DNA of 64,000 nucleotides from Tubulanus polymorphus (Eukaryota; Animalia; Nemertea): NCBI RefSeq assembly GCF_964204645.1, contig NC_134032.1, positions 8,978,275 to 9,042,274 of the forward strand, read 5' to 3'. Shown piece by piece: positions 59,701 to 64,000 of this stretch (position 1 is its first letter; each line of letters starts with the position of its first letter). The notes under the pieces were generated by a model. It saw only the letters and a program-made list of their open reading frames with translations, ran no database searches and was not told where the DNA came from. The position numbers and the translations under genes were made by a program.

Positions 59701-62700
59701 TGTTTATTAGGCATGGGTGGGTTTGGTTATATAAGTATTGGGTGGGCTTTGATATGGTGTGATATGTGAGTTTTTGTACGTAGCAGTAGGCTGTGCAGGA
59801 ATATAGTGTTGATAGAAGGCTTGTGAGCCGTAAGTAGTATATTTAATTAATTTATTATAGAGTTATTTATTTTCATTCGTTATATCGATATGTCGTGTTA
59901 TTTATTTAGTTCTAGTGTGAAGTTGTAGTGGAATGACTAAACGTGTGTTTTATGTGGAAAAGGTTCTATGCAATTCGTCTTCGATCGTCGTCAATCGTTG
60001 ATCAGTGCTCTGGCACCGAAATCGTCACATAACCGAATTAACTTATACAGGCCTCAGTTAAAGTCGGTACCGACAACCATATGGCCAAAACAATGATATC
60101 AGCGGTAGACTGCCAGGGGAAAAAATGCCCAGGATTGGGATCGTCACGCAATTTGTCAAAGAAAGTATTTAAGAAGATATAATACGAAATGAGAGAGCAC
60201 GACCAATTAGTTTGACAGGGATTAACCTATTGCCACGTGAAGTGAGTAATGATTTTACTGAAATCTTACAAAATACAAAATGAGACTCTTTATATTTTGA
60301 TAATAGAGCAGTTAAAAATAGCAATACTTTATTGCAGTATATAATATAGGCCAACAGCCCAGTTCAGTAGCTTAAAGTTTAATACATAACGATTTGTCAC
60401 GAAAGTGCGGGACTTAAAACATGCAACCGCTACGGGATTCGATCACGCAGTGCTAATAGCGCAACGCTTCACCAGATGAGCTTGCCAAAGCCGAACTGCC
60501 TTGTCCATCTATTTCACAGACCCGACATAAGGCTCGTAAGAATTTTGGCTCCCGTTTGAGCCCCGAAACGATCCAGATTTTTGAAGTTTCAATCGATTTC
60601 CGTTCGCAATTCAGCGATCAAGCTCTGTCTGAAAAACTCATAGACCCCCTATATAATCGCCCACTGACGTCCAGATCGAGAGCTCCCAGGCTGCAAGACG
60701 ACACATCCCATCGAGCTAATCGAAGCTGTACCGGAGCGCTGGGATCGCCAAGACACCGTGATCATCAGCGTTGGAATCAACGACCGCAGAAGAAACTTCA
60801 AAGCTACCACCATGAAGACCACACAGCGCCTCATCAACGCCGCAATCCGAAAGTACCAGCACTCGTTCGTTCCTTTTGTTCAACTCAATACAGCCCGCGA
60901 ACACCAGTTGTTCGCCCGGAATTTCAACGAACTCCTCGAGAACCACGAAGACGTCACCGCGATACGGCCAATTGATGATCGATACTTCAAAGTTGTAGAC
61001 GAGGCGAGGTCCACTGGGGTCATGGTACAGCTAACACCCTGCTGGACCACTGACTCAGTGGTTAAAACTAAGTATTATTGAGACCAACGGGTCCACTATT
61101 GGTGAGTTAAATCAAATTGAATTAACCAATGATGTTCGTTATCGAGATTGTAAGCTATTAGCAATAAGAGATGGTGCATATAGTATGTTCGATACTAGTA
61201 AGGCCGTTGATGGATTCAATCCTATTCCGGGCTTGAAGGTATAACCAACGTTTCTCTAATTTCTTCCATTTTCAGGTCCGACAAAGACGACGAACTGGCA
61301 CCTAACCAAGCGCGACGCGACCCGGTCACCGCTCTTAGGAGCTCGGTGGTCAACCTCGCACGTTCACTCCGCCCTAGTCCGGCGCAACATCAGCTACTCC
61401 GAAAGGGCCTCACTTATTGCCCGACTCCGAGAATCGGTTCTGATGCCGCTGCGACCGAGCGCACCAAGGGAGTGTGCCGATTCAACTGGCTAATGAAACT
61501 CGACAATCACTTCCATGAGAAACCGGATCGCGAGGATCCACGTTTCCGTCTGCCCAGCAGTTGGGCTCCGGATACCAGAGAACCAGAAATCGCCGCGTTC
61601 TGCTCAAAAAACCATAGATACGCGTCGCGAAAATGATAACCTCACTGAACAGGAACGCTAAGCCTTCCAGCAGCTGCGTGACTACACTAATACTGTCATC
61701 AACGCCGCCGATAAGGGTTCCGCTCGGTTATCATGGACCGCTACGACTACATCCATGAAGCCTTACGCCGATCTCGAGTATTATCAGCCGCTGCCGCAAC
61801 CGATCTTCGAACAGTCTGGGGAAGAAGTCTGCGACATCATCGAAAATATGGCTCGACGAAAAATAATTCCGCTAAAAACCGCCAAATGTCTCTTACCGCC
61901 GGATAATCCAAAACAGAGGCAGTTCTATCTGCTTCACAAAATCCACAAAGAATGCGAAAAGTGGACGGTGCCCGACCGCGTACCACCGGGGAGACCGATC
62001 GTCTCCGAATGTGGTTCCAAAACCTACGAAATTTCGGAATGGATCGATTACTACTTGCAGCCGATCGCCCGTAGTCACCCGTCGTACGTCAAAGACACCA
62101 ATCATTTTTTTAGATATTTTGGCCGGTAAACAATTTAGCGCCAATGCGTTACTCGTCACCATGGACATCGATTCGCTATATACCAACAACCCCCACGAAG
62201 AGGGTATTGCCAGCATCCGACAAGCTCTCCGAGATAACCCCAACCCGGGAAATGGCGGCTAGCACCGCCAGGATCGCAAGTAGATAGTTGGTCGATTTCT
62301 TCTAACATTTCGGTTAAAATTGAATGAAGTTTTCTCTTAAAAAGAATAAATTATTCGTGAAAACCATACCGATATCCGTGTAGAGAATGAAAATATTATA
62401 TTGTATATTTGGTGGGCGCTGTAATAATATATGAATTCGGGAGTCCAAAAATCCAGGAAGAAAGACACTCTAAATATTTGGATGGATATATGAAAGCTGT
62501 GGGTACTGGAGTGTTTAATGGGTAGTGTAGTGTGATCCGTGTGCATTTGTGGCCAGCACACAGATCACATTGTTCAATGGGGTTTGGTCCAGGACTCGCG
62601 AGATTTTCAACAACACGGATGTAACGTGTAATAAATGATGACTTGAATTGCATGACTACCTACCACCCCTCATTATTGTTGGAAAACTAAACGTTCGGCA

Positions 62701-63365
62701 CTGACTAAAAATTAGTAATAACATTTTAGAAATGGCCAGAATTTTAACTTAGGTTCTATCTCATTTTTATTTTACAATTGCGATTGGTATAATTTTTTTT
62801 TAAACGGCCGTTAAGGCTTCATGTTTCGTCTGCAATTCACTGCAAATAGTTACGCAACTATGCACATTTCAGTGTTTTTGGCAGCTGTACACTCAATCGG
62901 CACCGTTCGTGACTAGCTTCACTGCGGAATTATCATTAATTAACATCGCCATATCGCATCATCAACTTATATTGTGCCTTAAACCCTAACAGCCGAAATA
63001 ATTGAAATGCACACACGATTTCTATCATTGAAAATTGAGAGAGTGGCCATGATTGTGTTTGCTGCTTCGCGTAAATCCCGCGCGGTGGCGCAACCGCGCG
63101 GAGTGGGGCCGATACGTCCAGTTCAAAGTTCATTGAAAATGAACTGATTTGACAACGGACGACCTACTGCTCGGCACGCCATCTGGCGGAATAGCTGGTT
63201 TTGCGGATACCCCATTGTAAAATGGTTTATTCGATCATCTGCATCTTAATACTCTGTCAGGATGGCTGTTAAAATAATGCACTTCGCCTTACCTGCATCA
63301 ATCGGTTGTATGTACATGGTTAACAAAACCAACAGAAGCTGCACCCAAAGAACTTTCTTCCCCAT
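42517..63365 (-). CDS. Secreted mosaic protein ~1878 aa: SP, CTLD, SUEL lectin, CTLD, F5/8C, TSP1 x2, PAN x4, LRRs, helical/TcA-like C-terminal block (putative toxin or immune effector)
   Basis: 23 GT-AG exons joining in frame (5637 nt): 63365-63293, 59433-59209, 58647-58516, 57714-57581, 57489-57324, 56731-56518, 55789-55596, 54893-54705, 53943-53825, 53493-53352, 52322-52152, 51563-51375, 49782-49534, 49283-49032, 48925-48689, 48088-47840, 46993-46945, 46794-46717, 46624-46559, 46486-46409, 46217-46152, 45578-43462, 42764-42517 (TAA). AATAAA at 42374-42369. The single-transcript join is inferred from phase compatibility. Confidence 0.82.
46152..46993 (-). CDS. Leucine-rich repeat exons (five small exons, phase-2 introns)
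   Basis: LHSGLFAG; [15 protein letters not shown]; [18 protein letters not shown]; LDLS...[15 protein letters not shown]. One repeat per 49-78 nt exon, as usual for animal extracellular LRR genes. Confidence 0.82.
47150..47341. repeat. Intronic palindromic (hairpin) element; similar unrelated hairpins at 43038-43220, 57881-58160, 56911-57171, 22220-22288, 6317-6364
   Basis: Arms are reverse complements, e.g. cactaaaaaccattttcaagg / ccttgaaaatggtttttagtg. Confidence 0.75.
47676..47767. repeat. (AAT)n microsatellite
   Basis: Direct reading. Confidence 0.97.
47840..49782 (-). CDS. Four PAN/apple-like modules (phase 1-1 exons of 237-252 nt)
   Basis: C-x3-C...C...C cores: [15 protein letters not shown]...KC; [19 protein letters not shown]...QCKLY; [18 protein letters not shown]...NCLV; [17 protein letters not shown]...NCALF. 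Confidence 0.75.
50181..50563 (+). mobile_element. Partial, more diverged copy of the 32250-33998 TIR
   Basis: Starts agaagtttccagtttctaggcgccattttgtagcggtccctcgaggtcccc and runs to gacgactgatctg. Confidence 0.85.
50640..51147. mobile_element. Palindromic MITE (~500 bp)
   Basis: ~210-bp arms (actactgtctgtcacacct...) in inverted orientation; one arm end also occurs at ~23931-23978. Confidence 0.8.
51375..52322 (-). CDS. Two thrombospondin type-1 repeats (one exon each)
   Basis: [30 protein letters not shown]; [30 protein letters not shown]. Confidence 0.95.
52880..53191 (+). repeat. Older ~300-bp repeat (empty form); second copy at ~62250-62451 + 63122-63217
   Basis: Shared caagtagatagt.ggtcga, ttctcttaaaa.gaataaa, ttcgggagtc, gttcaaagtt, cacgccatct.g.ggaat.gctgg...ccccattg. 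Confidence 0.7.
53352..54893 (-). CDS. F5/8 type C (discoidin) domain (three exons)
   Basis: [18 protein letters not shown]...ARL...AWC...FLEIEF; GLQIQG; IFPGNSD...ARYIRL...CLRTEILGC. Confidence 0.93.
55596..56731 (-). CDS. C-type lectin-like domain 2 (two exons)
   Basis: [10 protein letters not shown]...[11 protein letters not shown] + TWYDLDG...YCIEL...[12 protein letters not shown]. Confidence 0.82.
57324..57714 (-). CDS. SUEL/rhamnose-galactose-binding lectin-like domain (two exons)
   Basis: [13 protein letters not shown]...YC + DCESKKEC...[14 protein letters not shown] follows the Gal_Lectin cysteine pattern. Confidence 0.7.
58516..59433 (-). CDS. C-type lectin-like domain 1 (two exons)
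   Basis: [37 protein letters not shown]...YWFGV + GKCL...[12 protein letters not shown]. Confidence 0.88.
58688..59086. repeat. (GGGAGA)n microsatellite
   Basis: ~400 bp hexamer repeat; source of the spurious RE/RG/SL/SP ORFs. Confidence 0.99.
59097..59282. repeat. Perfect 88-bp tandem duplication overlapping an exon end
   Basis: 59097-59184 = 59185-59272, plus a 10-bp partial third unit (gaatttcaat). Confidence 0.95.
60640..62245 (+). mobile_element. Degenerate Penelope-like retroelement (SGNH-like upstream ORF plus N-terminal part of RT), antisense in intron 1 of the mosaic gene
   Basis: [59 protein letters not shown] are PLE RT motifs, broken by frameshifts and stops. The upstream frame has PG...VIISVGIND. 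The 3' end is cut near 62245. Confidence 0.88.
62452..63121 (+). mobile_element. ~670-bp non-coding element, copy 2 (uninterrupted), bounded by TCCAG...TCCAG
   Basis: High identity to 39728-39852 + 41639-42202; GC hairpin near the right end; inserted into an older repeat whose empty form lies at ~52880-53191. Confidence 0.8.
63293..63365 (-). CDS. Signal-peptide exon of the mosaic gene
   Basis: [24 protein letters not shown] then g|gtaagg donor: basic n-region, hydrophobic core, IDA cleavage site. Acceptor tttcag at ~63405 implies a further 5'UTR exon. Confidence 0.8.
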
Positions 63366-64000
63366 GTCATCAATATTGTCAATGTGCGGATGAATTATTT
63401 CGATCTGAAAATGAATGATAAAACAATGAAATAAATACGCTTTTATTCAAATCAAAATCAGGTAATTTTCACTGAATAAATCTCTTCTGACTATTAATCA
63501 ATTTTGAATTTTTGGAGTGACGAAAATTGTATGCGATTAAACCATATTTCAAAATCATTCATATATTCGTAAATTGCATGTTAAAGAAATAACCGTTAAT
63601 CTATATAAATTTCTTATCATTCCGATCCCAGCAATCGGATGAATTCGATTCGCCTTAAGCGTGAATATGATACGTATGATATGCATATTATGTAAAGTAT
63701 AACTGTTAGTACTAACCGCGTGTGCGCCGGACGTGTGCGTTCCTCGATCAGCAAAATCATTCGTTGAAATGACAATGAATACGCAACGCGTTCGCCTGAT
63801 ATGAAAATCTAAAATTGCTGATCGTGCAAAGATTTCTGACACTTCTGCGCAGTAATCTGATGTATCGATTACTCGAGCTGTACAGTTTAAAAAGTACTAA
63901 AATGTTTCCACTGAAATTGACTTAACCGCCCGCGTGTAACCTTGGAACTGGTGGGCCCTCAGTTTCAAGAATCAAAGCTGTAAACTTGAAGCGCTGATTA

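Noticed and set aside
60430-60490. tRNA-like sequence on the minus strand (also 14273-14368 and 36245-36330)
   Set aside because: A/B-box remnants only, no complete cloverleaf; treated as SINE or pseudogene debris.

Overview
Eukaryotic (invertebrate, bilaterian-like) genomic DNA: AT-rich introns, GT-AG spliced genes and many transposon relics. Three spliced genes were rebuilt by hand from splice sites and reading-frame phase. (1) + strand 44-19516: the 3' part of a modular serine protease (7 LDLa repeats, SRCR-like domain, S1 protease) with an intact catalytic triad, an atypical Tyr|Met-Ile-Gly-Gly activation site and a Thr189/Asp226 pocket. (2) + strand 27567-35642: a 3-exon, ~421-aa divergent rhabdomeric-type opsin (K296 and E181 present, His at 113, NSVIY and QTK motifs). 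(3) - strand 63365-42517: a 23-coding-exon, ~1878-aa secreted mosaic protein (signal peptide, C-type lectin, SUEL lectin, C-type lectin, F5/8C, 2 TSP1, 4 PAN/apple, LRRs) fused to a ~785-aa C-terminal block, most of it in one 2.1-kb exon. That block has a long helical hairpin with a hydrophobic tip and a terminal domain that by eye resembles the TcB-binding domain of bacterial Tc-toxin A subunits. This putative animal glycan-targeted, TcA-like pore/toxin is the most interesting object in the window. Introns and intergenic DNA also hold a Penelope-like element, L2/CR1-type LINE fragments, several MITE families, nested insertions with visible empty and filled sites, tRNA-like SINE heads and microsatellites. 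Family assignments come from motif recognition only; no searches were run.
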